This document shows, piece by piece, positions 37,227 through 46,999 of a DNA stretch of 64,000 nucleotides. The stretch is from Anolis carolinensis (taxonomy: Eukaryota). The DNA is taken from the NCBI RefSeq assembly GCF_035594765.1, contig NC_085843.1, positions 26,489,955 to 26,553,954 on the forward strand. Reading direction: 5' to 3'. The notes under the pieces are model-generated. The model saw only the letters and a list, made by a program, of their open reading frames with translations. It was not told the DNA's origin and did no database searches. The number at the start of each line of letters is the position of its first letter. The first letter of the stretch is position 1. Position numbers and translations under genes: made by a program.

Positions 37227-40200
37227 CTATCCCCCTCCTCAAGGCCCCTCTCCAAAATGGGCCCTCTTCCCGAGGTGCGGGGCCGCGGCTTGGCAGGGTA
37301 GACCTGATGGAAGCGGTGGACTAAATCGGGGGCATGGACTGTGGAAGCGTCTTCCCAAGAGCGTTCTTCGGGGCGAAAACCCACCCAGTCAATGAGATAC
37401 TGAAGACGGCGGCGGTGGAATCGGGAATCCAAAATGTCCTGAACCTCGAATTCCTCCTCCCCGTCCACCAAAACAGGGGCGGGGGCCGGCTGGTCTGCAT
37501 CAGGGCGCACACCATCCGCCGGAAGGAGCAGGGAGCGATGAAACACAGGATGGATGCGCATAGAGCGCGGAAGTTGGAGTTTGAAAGTCACGGGGTTAAG
37601 TTGCGCCACCACTGGGTAGGGACCAATGAAACGGGCATCTAGCTTCCGGCAGGGATGGTGGGAGGGCAAAAAACGAGTGGACAGCAGAACCCGATCTCCT
37701 ACCTTGATTTCGGGGCCCGGTTGGCGATGACTGTCAGCGTGGCGTTTATAGTCCTCCTTGGCTTGGTCCAGTTGCTGGAGCAATAGTTGTTGCACCGCTG
37801 TGAGTTCTTGCAGCCAGTCCTCCGCTGCGGGGACTTCTGAGGTTTCAATGACTGAAGGAAAGAAACGTGGATGGAATCCGTAATTTGCAAAGAACGGGGT
37901 TTCCTTGGTTGAAGCCTGGACACCGTTGTTGTAGGCAAACTCTGACAGAGGTAACAGGGATGCCCAATTGTGCTGTTGGTAGTTTACATAACAGCGAAGG
38001 TATTGTTCCAAAGTGGCATTGGTGCGCTCCGTTTGTCCATCAGTTTGGGGATGGTGAGCTGAAGATAAACGAGAGTCTATGCCTAGTAGTTGTTGTAGTG
38101 CCTTCCAGAAACGAGAAGTGAATTGAGATCCACGGTCAGTGACCAAACTCTTGGGCAATCCATGTAGCCGGAAAATATGCTGAAGGAATAAATCTGCAGT
38201 CTGTTTGGCCGTGGGAAGGCCATCACAGGGAATGAAGTGGGCCAATTTGGTGAAAAGGTCCACCACCACTAGGATCGTGGTATATCCAAGGGAGGGTGGT
38301 AGGTCGGTGATAAAATCCGCAGAAATTATCTCCCATGGACGAGATGGAGTAGGAAGGGGATGTAGTAGCCCTGAGGGCTTCTCCCTTCTTGTCTTGGAAC
38401 GCTGGCATACCGGGCAGGTATTGACATATTTCTCTACATCCTTGCGGATCTTGGGCCACAAGAAATCTCTTAGGATCAAATGCATGGTTTTAAAAAGTCC
38501 AAAATGTCCTGCTGGCTTGCAGTCATGACACAGGTGAAGTGCCTTTTCTCTGCCTGGTCCTGGAGGGATGTAGACATGATTTCTGTAGCATAATAGCCCA
38601 TCCTTAAGTGAGAAGGGGAAACGTAGTCCTTGGCGAATTTGATCTTGAGTCCAGGCATCCGCCTGTTGACTGGCTCTAAGTTCTTGAGCACAAAGGGGTC
38701 CTGAAGTAGAGGGAATTGGTTCAACAGCGGTGGATTTGGTGTTTCCCACTGTGAGCATGGCAAAGGTTTCAGGCTGTAGCAATTGGGATTCGAAGGTCTC
38801 TCTGCGCCCTGCAGCATATTCTGGTTTCCGTGATAGAGCATCTGCTTGCTTGGTCTGAGCTGGGGTTACATAATGGATCTGGAAGTCAAAACGTTCAAAG
38901 AACAAAGCCCAGCGCTGCTGCCTCTGATTTAACCTGCGGGCAGTTCTTAGATGTTCCAAATTACGATGGTCAGTATGAACCTCAATGGGAAATTTGGCCC
39001 CTTCTAACCAATGTCTCCAATTTTCAAAAGCTGCCTTTATGGCCAAAAGTTCCTTCTCCCAAATAGTGTAATTTCTCTCTGGGGCTGTTAGTTGACGGGA
39101 GTAAAAAGCACAAGGATGAAGATGTTCTCCCACTGGTTGCATGAGTACAGCCCCAATTGCCACATCAGAGGCGTCAGCCTGCACAACAAAAGGGGTTTTA
39201 GGATCAGGGTGCTGTAGAATTGGCTGGGACGTGAATAACTTCTTTAGTTGCTGGAACCCTTTCTCTGCTTGCTCCGTCCAACGGAAAGGCTGTTTTCCAC
39301 GGATGCAGCTGGTGATTGGGTCAGACCAGCGGGCAAAGTCTGGAATGAACTTGCGGTAGTAGTTCGCGAACCCCAAGAAGCGTTGCACCTCTTTCTTGTT
39401 GGTTGGCGCCCGCCATTCCAATACTGCTGAAACCTTTGCCGGGTCCATGGAAAGTCCTAGTGGCGAGACACGGTAGCCCAGGAAATCTACCTCTTGTAGA
39501 TCAAAAGCGCATTTTTCCAACTTGGCATATAGTCCATGATCCCGCAATCGTTGTAACACCAATCTGACGTGGTTCTCGTGCTCCGATTGTGATCTAGAAA
39601 ACACCAAAAAATCGTCTAGGTATATGATCAAGAACCGATCTAGATAATCTTGGAAAATATCATTGACAAAATGCTGGAACGCTGCGGGAGCTCCGGATAA
39701 ACCGAAATTCATGACCAGGGACTCGAATAATCCGAATTTAGTCTGGAAAGCGGTTTTCCACTCGTCCCCCTCCCTGATGCGAACTAGATTGTAAGCCCCC
39801 CGGAGATCCAGCTTGGTGTAAACCTTGGCCCCTCGAAGCCGGTCTAATAGATCCGAGATCAAAGGCAGGGGGTAGCGGTTCCGCTTCGTGATATTGTTCA
39901 ATGCTCTATAGTCCACAACCAAGCGTAGGTCCCCTGACTTCTTTTTCACAAACATCACCGGGGAGGCAGCTGGGGATTGAGAGGGTCTAATGAATCCCTT
40001 GCGAAGATTTGACTCTATGAACTCCCTGAGAGCTTCTTGCTCTGGTTCCATCAAGGAGTAGAGGTGTCCTCGCGGGATCGGGGCCCCCTCCACCAAGTCA
40101 ATGGCACAGTCATATGGTCTATGTGGGGGTAGTTTCTCGGCTTCCTTTTCATTGAAAACATCCCAAAAGTCTGAATATTTCTTGGGTAAGGTGATGATGG

Positions 40201-40822
40201 GCTCAGCGTCTGTGGCATGGCAGACCTTGGCTACTAGACAATGGTTTTGGCAATATTTTGAAGCAAACTGTAGTTCTCTGTTGGTCCAGGACATGTTTGG
40301 GTCGTGGAGCGTCAGCCATGGAATTCCCAAAATCACAGGGAAGTGGGGCACCTCGGTAACAAAGAAGGAAATCTCTTCCAGGTGTTCCCTTATCCACATC
40401 CTGGTGGGTTCAGTCCATTGACTTACTGGACCCGTCTTTAGGGGACGGCCATCGATAGCCTGCACCACCCGGGCGTTCTTGAAATCGTGATATTGTAATC
40501 CCAGAGAGTCGGCATACTCTCTATCGATGAAATTGTTTGTTGCCCCTGAGTCTATCATGGCATGGATCATGACGGGTCCTTTTTTCGCTGACCACAATGT
40601 GACCACTAGGAGAAATAGGACCCCAGTTTGCGGCTCTTGAGTGGGGTTCTTGACCGGGTTGGCGAGCCTCTCTATGCCCGGTCGCTGGCTTCCCCCGCCG
40701 GCTTTGCGCCAGCCGCCTCGGCCGTCTCCGTCTCCGCGGAGGACGCCGACGCCAAGCGAGCGGCGGGCTTTTTCTTGGCTGGACATTCTCTGGCGAAGTG
40801 GCCCCCGTTCCCGCAGTACCAA
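36968..40822 (-). CDS. pol: Gypsy Pol polyprotein (protease-RT-RNase H-integrase-chromodomain); probably entered by -1 frameshift near 40690
   Basis: Uninterrupted 1284-codon frame with AMIDSGA (protease), YLDD (RT), DASD (RNase H), H..H..C..C zinc finger, DF/TDRG/TER integrase core, GPY motif and chromodomain (EFEVQDILDSR...YLIDWVGF...SWE). Confidence 0.96.
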   Translation of the reverse strand: MVLRERGPLRQRMSSQEKARRSLGVGVLRGDGDGRGGWRKAGGGSQRPGIERLANPVKNPTQEPQTGVLFLLVVTLWSAKKGPVMIHAMIDSGATNNFIDREYADSLGLQYHDFKNARVVQAIDGRPLKTGPVSQWTEPTRMWIREHLEEISFFVTEVPHFPVILGIPWLTLHDPNMSWTNRELQFASKYCQNHCLVAKVCHATDAEPIITLPKKYSDFWDVFNEKEAEKLPPHRPYDCAIDLVEGAPIPRGHLYSLMEPEQEALREFIESNLRKGFIRPSQSPAASPVMFVKKKSGDLRLVVDYRALNNITKRNRYPLPLISDLLDRLRGAKVYTKLDLRGAYNLVRIREGDEWKTAFQTKFGLFESLVMNFGLSGAPAAFQHFVNDIFQDYLDRFLIIYLDDFLVFSRSQSEHENHVRLVLQRLRDHGLYAKLEKCAFDLQEVDFLGYRVSPLGLSMDPAKVSAVLEWRAPTNKKEVQRFLGFANYYRKFIPDFARWSDPITSCIRGKQPFRWTEQAEKGFQQLKKLFTSQPILQHPDPKTPFVVQADASDVAIGAVLMQPVGEHLHPCAFYSRQLTAPERNYTIWEKELLAIKAAFENWRHWLEGAKFPIEVHTDHRNLEHLRTARRLNQRQQRWALFFERFDFQIHYVTPAQTKQADALSRKPEYAAGRRETFESQLLQPETFAMLTVGNTKSTAVEPIPSTSGPLCAQELRASQQADAWTQDQIRQGLRFPFSLKDGLLCYRNHVYIPPGPGREKALHLCHDCKPAGHFGLFKTMHLILRDFLWPKIRKDVEKYVNTCPVCQRSKTRREKPSGLLHPLPTPSRPWEIISADFITDLPPSLGYTTILVVVDLFTKLAHFIPCDGLPTAKQTADLFLQHIFRLHGLPKSLVTDRGSQFTSRFWKALQQLLGIDSRLSSAHHPQTDGQTERTNATLEQYLRCYVNYQQHNWASLLPLSEFAYNNGVQASTKETPFFANYGFHPRFFPSVIETSEVPAAEDWLQELTAVQQLLLQQLDQAKEDYKRHADSHRQPGPEIKVGDRVLLSTRFLPSHHPCRKLDARFIGPYPVVAQLNPVTFKLQLPRSMRIHPVFHRSLLLPADGVRPDADQPAPAPVLVDGEEEFEVQDILDSRFHRRRLQYLIDWVGFRPEERSWEDASTVHAPDLVHRFHQVYPAKPRPRTSGRGPILERGLEEGDSVMSHGPCSPLPSTIVADEEENFGFPPFQPELEPLYLQDVCPPEVSQTSLGQNSPPFSRRDNYNRDRGAREASRRSARIAARQLAD
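37227..37242 (-). other. Polypurine tract (PPT)
   Basis: GAGGAGGGGGATAG immediately precedes the TG of the 3' LTR on the minus strand. Confidence 0.88.
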
Positions 40823-41265
40823 CAGAGGTTTAAACGTTGGCGGCGGGCCTTCTCAGCAACATCTAATCTGGGACGCACATTGCCCAACTGCATCGGCTCC
40901 TCCTCGCTTCCTCTGGGGTATGGGGCTGGTGGCGGGGGTCTCCACACTGGACGCGGCTGAATACTGGCGGGAGCGGGAGGTTTCACTCCTGATCTTCCAC
41001 TCTGGCCTCGGAGCCACTGTTTTTTGTTGGCAAGCAGGACTTCGGCTCGTAAACATTGATCAATAAGTCTCTCAAGAGAGTTTGGGGGATCCACCTTGGA
41101 GATTTCTTCCTGCATCTCGAAGTTGAGACCCTCACGAAACTGTCCTCTGAGGGCTATATCATTCCAACCGGTGTTTTGGGCCAGCACTCGGAACTCGGCT
41201 ATGTACTGGGACAACAGCCTGTCCCCTTGGAAGAGACGCCGGAGTTTATGGCCGGCCGCCTCCAC
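40672..41265 (-). CDS. gag: Gypsy Gag C-terminal part (capsid remnant + CCHC zinc knuckle); N-terminus deleted or disrupted
   Basis: LFQG...QYIAEFRVLA...W (retrotransposon gag) and CWYCGNGGHFAREC zinc knuckle. The upstream remnant to 41413 has a stop codon and a frameshift. Confidence 0.9.
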   Translation of the reverse strand: MEAAGHKLRRLFQGDRLLSQYIAEFRVLAQNTGWNDIALRGQFREGLNFEMQEEISKVDPPNSLERLIDQCLRAEVLLANKKQWLRGQSGRSGVKPPAPASIQPRPVWRPPPPAPYPRGSEEEPMQLGNVRPRLDVAEKARRQRLNLCWYCGNGGHFARECPAKKKPAARLASASSAETETAEAAGAKPAGEASDRA

Positions 41266-41413
41266 ATTGTCCTCAATCCCCCATGTCGCCTTAAGGTGGT
41301 TCAGGAAGTTTTGCGCAAGTTTTGCATGGAGCCCGCATCAAATAGCGCCGTCGCCCAATTGGCCGCTGGCCCTTCTAGGAGACTGTAAATCTACGCCACC
41401 TTGACAACTTCTT

Positions 41414-41806
41414 GGATCTCCTTGCGGGTAAACACCTATATAGGATCTTGTTTTCCCGCCAAAGAACACTTTCCCTGGGGAACAAGAAGTGAAACCCATA
41501 CTATGTCCAGATGCATGACTCTTTAAGATTTCCCAAGGGAAACATGCTTAATCAGCTAATTGTCTGGCAGCGATTCTGGCGCTTCGGCGACTCGCCTCCC
41601 TAGCGCCTCTATCTCGATTATAATTATCCCATCGAGAGAACGGGGGAGAATTCTGCCCAAGGCTTGTTTGGCTGACTTCTGGAGGACAAACATCCTGCAG
41701 GTGCAAGGGCTCCAATTCTGGCTGAAACGGTGGGAAACAAAAGTTTTCCTCTTCGTCTGCCACAATAGTACTTGGAAGGGGACTACATGGCCCATGAGAC
41801 ATCACA
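41414..41806 (-). repeat. Truncated 5' LTR (U3 with TATA box at 41437-41442; R/U5/PBS missing)
   Basis: Matches 35917-36026 + 36944-37226 and is fused directly to gag sequence at 41413/41414. Confidence 0.9.
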
Positions 41807-41811
41807 CCAGG

Positions 41812-42404
41812 AAAACAATCTTCTTTGTTGTTATAACCTCTGCACAACGAGCCGGTGATCTGTGTCCACTCTGAATAGATGAACCATGTCGGCACTTCCT
41901 CAAATATAAAGTGTTGTTTGGGACATTGCCTTCTTGCCAAGTTCTCCTCGAAATCTGCATGTCACAGAACATACTATTACCAATCTTCTTTCAGAATCCA
42001 TCTTCGCCTCTGGAACAATCCCTTCACCTCCTGGATGTTTACAGAGGTTTAGCATACTATATACGCAGGACGTCTGGACTTAGAGTTTCCAAGACTTTTC
42101 CTCAAGTGCTGGAAGGTGCCAGTGACCTTCCACTCCCCCCCCCCCTCCAACAGCTTTCTGTGTGGGTTGTATCCACTATCTGTTGGTGTTCCAGTTGGCA
42201 GGTTATTCCTTGCCTCTGCAAATCAAGGGCCACGAGAGTGGTCCCCAATTTACAAGCCTTTTTGAGGGGCATGCCTTTAGAAGACCTATGCTGGGATGGC
42301 TGCCTGACCTACTATCCATCATTGTTGCTCATTACAAGGTGGATGCCTTCTCCAGAAGAGGTAGGGCCCTCGGCACAGAGACCATCTTCTCTTCGGTGGC
42401 CTGA
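41812..42404 (+). pseudogene. DIRS tyrosine recombinase, 3' part (degenerate); the 5' part is at ~35060-35429
   Basis: Removing the Gypsy insert and one TSD rejoins DVAFLPR|KTIFFVVITSAQRAGDL (YR box-I-like). Downstream remnants AFLRGMPLEDLC and AHYKVD lie in different frames. Confidence 0.78.
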
Positions 42405-42439
42405 CTTCCACCATCCATGATTAATAGCTTGCTAGTCTA

Positions 42440-42536
42440 CCATATTTGCATATTTCACAGGGACCATGATGGAGAAGTAAAGGTTGCTTGCCTGTAACCG
42501 TGTTTCTCCAAGTGGTCACCTGTGAAATTCACACAT
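42440..42536. other. DIRS internal complementary region (ICR)
   Basis: The first half is the reverse complement of the element's left start (ttctccagcgtggtccctgtgaaata...). The second half is the reverse complement of its right end (...cacaggtgaccact...ggttacaggtaagcaacctttac). Confidence 0.9.
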
Positions 42537-44669
42537 CCCCACCCATCCTCCTCACTTTTGCCATGCCTCAGTCCTTCAAGTTGCTACTTGCAGTGGAGGA
42601 ACTGAGGCAGTAGCCCCTCCCACTGGCTATATATTCTCTATGGGGAGAGTGGACGGGGCTACCACCATTTTGTACTAAAAGAGCCTTCTAGAAGATTCCG
42701 AAGCTGCCTGCGCAGGCACAGGCAATACCATATGTGCGAATTTCACAGGTGACCACTCGGAAAAACACGGTTACAGGTAAGCAACCTTTACGTATCATTG
42801 AATTGGAACAGATTCACATGGTAATGTGATTTCACCCCAATGAGTGCTTGCAGTCCTGCCTTCCCCAATCTTGTGTTGTGTTTGAGGCAGTAAACACAAA
42901 AAGGTGTTTTTCTCGTATGTTTTTCAAGCTAGTTTCAAGCCCTGGCTTAGAGAGAACTAGATTATTGTGCACCATGTTTAATACTGATGATAGTGTAGTT
43001 CTTAACCAGAGATAGTATCAACCAGTGGTAACTGGCCCAGAAGTGGATAAGAGTTATGAAGAGAGATTTCACAGTCTTTGTAATCTATTCCTGGTTTTAC
43101 ACCTGTGACACAAAAGTCAAGAGTGACAGTTGCATTGTCAAAAGTCTCTTGGTTTTGGAATACTACTTCAAGTGAAGTTCTACTCACCCTATTTCAAAAA
43201 ATATATATTGTATAGCTCAGGAACTTAGAAAAAAGAGTAATTAAAATGAGCAGGAAAGTGAAGCATCTCCCTTATTAAGAAAGGTGTAAAAAGATGGCAG
43301 TTGTTTTAGCTTACTGAAAGTCAATTAAGAAAAATGCGATAAAGGCTTTAAAATTATAAACAAGAAAAGAGTGAGTTAAAAAGCAATTAGCTCAAAACAT
43401 CAAGACTATATCATTCAATATCGTGGATTGACAGCTAGCTGAAGTCAAAAGAAAGAAAGGAAATGCTTTACCCAACTTGAACTAACAGACTTCATTACCA
43501 CAGGCTGTTGTGATGATTGCTAGTAGGTCTTGAAGGATCAGTTTGCGTAGAATCCACCAGGGATGGGAAACATGTGGCTCTCCAGATGTTTATGGACTGC
43601 AACATTCATTATATCTTACCATTAGCTATGCTGTTAGGGATGATGGGTGTTCCATTGTAACAACGTCTGAATGACACTTTCCTCACCCATACACTAGAAT
43701 ACACCATGGATATCAAGCACAGGTAGATAGTAAGTGATATAGGTTATATTTCATTTACACAGGAAAGCCAGATGTAATGACACTCTATCTTGTAAATCCC
43801 CTGATTTGTCACTTCTCAGGGGATCCCTGTTAGATACGGAATGGTGTGTGTATGTGTGTGTAAAATCCATCAAGGCAATTTTAAATATGTTGTATTTAAT
43901 TTTTTTTTTTAATCCTTGCACATTGTAGATTTAGCTTTCCTCTCCAAGAATTCTTTTTGTTCCCCAGTTGCATGGATCCATGTGTATCTATGCAGTGGTT
44001 GAATGCAACACAACAGTTACAAAGGTATTTTAAAGAACATCGTTGTAGCCAAAGTTTGAAACATTTACATGCAGCAGGGAGTCCCTAATAGCAGGTCTTC
44101 CAACGAAGAAGTAAATGTAAACCATGTGTTAAGTTATAATTTTGTTCTGAGTTTTGATTGCAGTGATATTTTTTCAGTCTTTTGAAGGCATACAGTCCAA
44201 AATGATTTTCCAGGATGGAGTCCACTTGTGTACCTGATTTCCCTTACCTTTTGCATCTAGTTTCATTTTGTACCTAGCATTGAGGAAAGATTGGATTCCT
44301 TTGAGAGTAAATTTAATACTGTGCTGTTTCTTTTTCTGTGTTCTCCTTATGCTGCCACTTAAACTTGGGAAACTTGTCTGGGAAAATTATTCACATTATG
44401 ATCTGAGAATGGGGTGTTGGGAATAATTGATGTTCATACAGAAGTAAAAAAAAGTCTGATTGTGCTGAGTACTAGCTCTCAAAGCTACATTAAAAGATGA
44501 CTTTAAGAAAATGTATTAACAGCAGCACATTCAAATTGTGTCTGTTAGGGCCTGAACTGTAAGTAACATTGCTATAAAATATATGCTGCTGAGCTTATAT
44601 CCCTCACAGAAGCAAACTAGAGTGTGACCATTGAAGGCCTCTTTTCTGAATTGCAAAAGGCAAGATGTG

Positions 44670-44807
44670 AGGCTTTTAAGCAAAGGCTGGATGGCCATCT
44701 GTCGGGGGTGTTTTGAATGTGATTTCCTGCTTCTTAGCGGGGGGTTGGACTGGATGGCCCATGAGGTCTCTTCCAACTCTATGATTCTATGATTCTATGA
44801 TTCTATG
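44670..44807 (+). mobile_element. CR1 3' end
   Basis: gaggcttttaagca...ggatggccatctgtc...ttccaactc followed by an (tatgattc)n tail. Confidence 0.9.
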
Positions 44808-45758
44808 TAACTTGCAGGGTGGTGGATCTACTCTTGGTTTTAGTTTAAATGTTACACAATTAGGAGATAAGTTTCAGAACCTTGGATAACTCCTTTTAAC
44901 ATTTAGACAAAATCCTGGAGCAGACTCTTTGCTTATTTGACCAATCTGAAAGATTCAGACAATGCAGCAGGGAGTTCCTAATAGCAGGTCACATAGAACA
45001 TGTGAAATTTATTTTAAGGACAGAGCTTCAAAAATGTTTTTTGACAGCTCCCAGAGTTCCTATTTAGCAAGGAGGGAAATTGTGGTCTAAAAAGAAAAGT
45101 TTCCAAGTTCCAGCTAGAAAAGGGTTAAAACTCAGTGGCAGAGCACTTTGAAGGGGGAAAAACTGCAGGATTAATCCCTACTATCCTCATTTAAGTTGAG
45201 GGGAAATTTCTGTCTAAAATCCTGGACAGAAAAGTACAATTAGTCCATATGCTATCTGGTCTACATCAAGATGTTGGCTGTGGTCTTTAAAGGTAAGAAA
45301 GCATGGAAACATCCATTGAAACCTGATAAGGAAGAAAGGTTTAGTTTCAGAATTTTAAAAAGAAGGTTATATATGAGACATTAGTTGGTTGGGTTAATTT
45401 GTAAAGTAAACCTTTTTGAAATGTATCCTTAGTGTCTTTGTCATGTTATGCAAGACATTTAGATCTCAGAATGTCTCCTGCTTCATTTCTTCATTCAAAG
45501 TCAGATTTTCTTGCAATCTTTGATTCTGCTCCATTTCCTATTTTTGTATTCCAATCGCCTTTGTTTAACAAGAAGTCCTGTTTTGATGTGTAATCAATTT
45601 TTCTGGACTGAAGCAGAAAATTTTCTTTCCTCCTCCTCCTCTCCCCCCCCCCCCTCCACCACCACCACCACCAGTAGTTAGAACATAATCTTGGTTGCAG
45701 GTAATGTTGGTGGTTTTTACCTGAAGACTTGTTGACATGATTGTTGACTTTGGATTAT

Positions 45759-46062
45759 ATCATAGAATCATAGAATAACAGAGTAGGAAGAGACCACATG
45801 GGCCATCTAGTTCAACCTCCTGCTATGCAAGAAAAGCGCAATAAAAATATCCCTGACAGATGGCCATCCAGCCTCTGTTTAAATGTTTCCAAGGAAGAAG
45901 CTTCCATCACACTCTGAGGCAAAGAGTTCCACTGTTGAACAGCTTGTAAGGTCAGGAAATTCTTCCTAATGTTCAGGTGGAATCTCCTTTCCTGTAATTT
46001 GAACCCATTGCTCTTAGTCCTAGTTTCAAGGGCAGCAGAAAACAAATCTGCTCTCTCTTCCT
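45759..46062 (-). mobile_element. CR1 3' fragment
   Basis: Minus-strand peptide [31 protein letters not shown]...WNSLP and a (catagaat) tail. Confidence 0.9.
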
Positions 46063-46319
46063 ATATCCTTTGACGGCTTTTCCTACATGTCTCCTCACTA
46101 TAAATACCATCTCCGTTTTTCTTAAATTGGATTTCTGAGTAAAACACTGTGTAATTTTGTGATTCTAGATCCAGGGAAGTCATGCTACCTCTCTATTCTG
46201 CCTTGGTCAGGCCACACCTGGAATACTGTGTCCAATTCTGGGCACCGCAATTGAAGGGATATGTTGACAAGCTGGAAAGCGTCCAGAGGAGGGCAACTAA
46301 AATTATCAAGGGTCTAGAG

Positions 46320-46999
46320 CAGGGGTCCTCAAACTTTTTAAGTGGAGGGCCAATTCACGGTCCCTCAGAGTGTTGGGGGGCCAGACTATGATGAAATAGT
46401 CCAAAATTAGGATTGTTTTTGTGTGCCTTCAAGTCATTTCAGACTTAGGTCTAAAGGTTAGGACAGAGGCCAGGGAAATGACCTTGGAGGGCCGCATCCG
46501 GCCCATGGGCCTTGGTTGGGGACCCCTGATCTAGACAATCTCATAAGACCATAGGTAAGCAAAGAGACCTCCAAAGACCATCTAGATGGTTTCATAAGAC
46601 CATCGGTAAGGGAAGGGACCCTCAAAGCCCATCTAGATGATCTCATCAGGCCATCAGAAGACTATAGAAAAGGAAAGGGACCTCAAAGACCACCTAGATG
46701 GTTTCATAAGACCATAGGTAAGGAAAGGGGCCCCTAAAGGCCATCTAGACAATCTCATAAAACCATAGATAAGGAAAGGGACCTCCAAAAGCCATCTAGA
46801 TGGTCTCATAAGGCCGTAGCTAAGCAAAGAGACCTTCAAAGACCATCTAGACAATCTCATAAGACCATAGGTAAGCAAAGTGACCTCCAAAAACCAGCTA
46901 GACTTAGGTCAACCCTAAGTCTAAAGTTTAAGACAGGGGCCAGGTAAATGACCTTGGAGGGCCGCATCCGGCCCCCGGGCCTTAGTTTGGAGACCCCTG
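46320..46999. mobile_element. Composite hAT element with two right ends and an internal 51-bp minisatellite
   Basis: TIRs caggggtcctcaaact / agtttggagacccctg with perfect TSD GTCTAGAG; an extra right end finishes at 46528. Confidence 0.9.
46529..46902. repeat. 51-bp minisatellite, about 7 copies
   Basis: atctaga-like anchors at 46529, 46580, 46631, 46692, 46743, 46794, 46845 and 46896 (one unit is 61 bp). Confidence 0.9.

Larger units (their letters stand above)
35430..41806 (-). mobile_element. Ty3/Gypsy chromovirus (sushi-like) LTR retrotransposon, antisense to DDX10
   Basis: TG...CA ends and perfect 5-bp TSD CCAGG (35425-35429, 41807-41811). Contains gag and pol, a polypurine tract, a 3' LTR (35430-37226, interrupted) and a truncated 5' LTR (41414-41806). 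Confidence 0.97.
34386..42791 (+). mobile_element. DIRS1-type tyrosine-recombinase retrotransposon, internally deleted (~2.0 kb without the nested Gypsy)
   Basis: Inverted terminal repeats (~34386-34552 vs ~42598-42791). Internal complementary region 42440-42536 matches both outer ends. Remnant PWWPRR motif (~34890) and YR remnants (KTIFFVVITSAQRAGDL; NILLPIFFQNPSSPLEQSLHLLDVYRGLAYYI). No TSD, as expected for DIRS. Confidence 0.9.

Noticed and set aside
36968-41265. Domesticated PEG10/RTL1-like gene
   Set aside because: LTRs about 2% divergent, an intact TSD, a broken gag and sister LTRs nearby indicate a recent retrotransposon copy rather than domestication.
37192-41404. Many + strand ORFs of 60-140 aa
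   Set aside because: Antisense shadows of the GC-rich gag-pol frame.
46458-46890. Repetitive ORFs (YGLMRLSRW) and CRISPR-like periodicity
   Set aside because: Translation of a 51-bp (multiple of 3) minisatellite. The units are full tandem repeats without unique spacers, and the context is eukaryotic with no cas genes.
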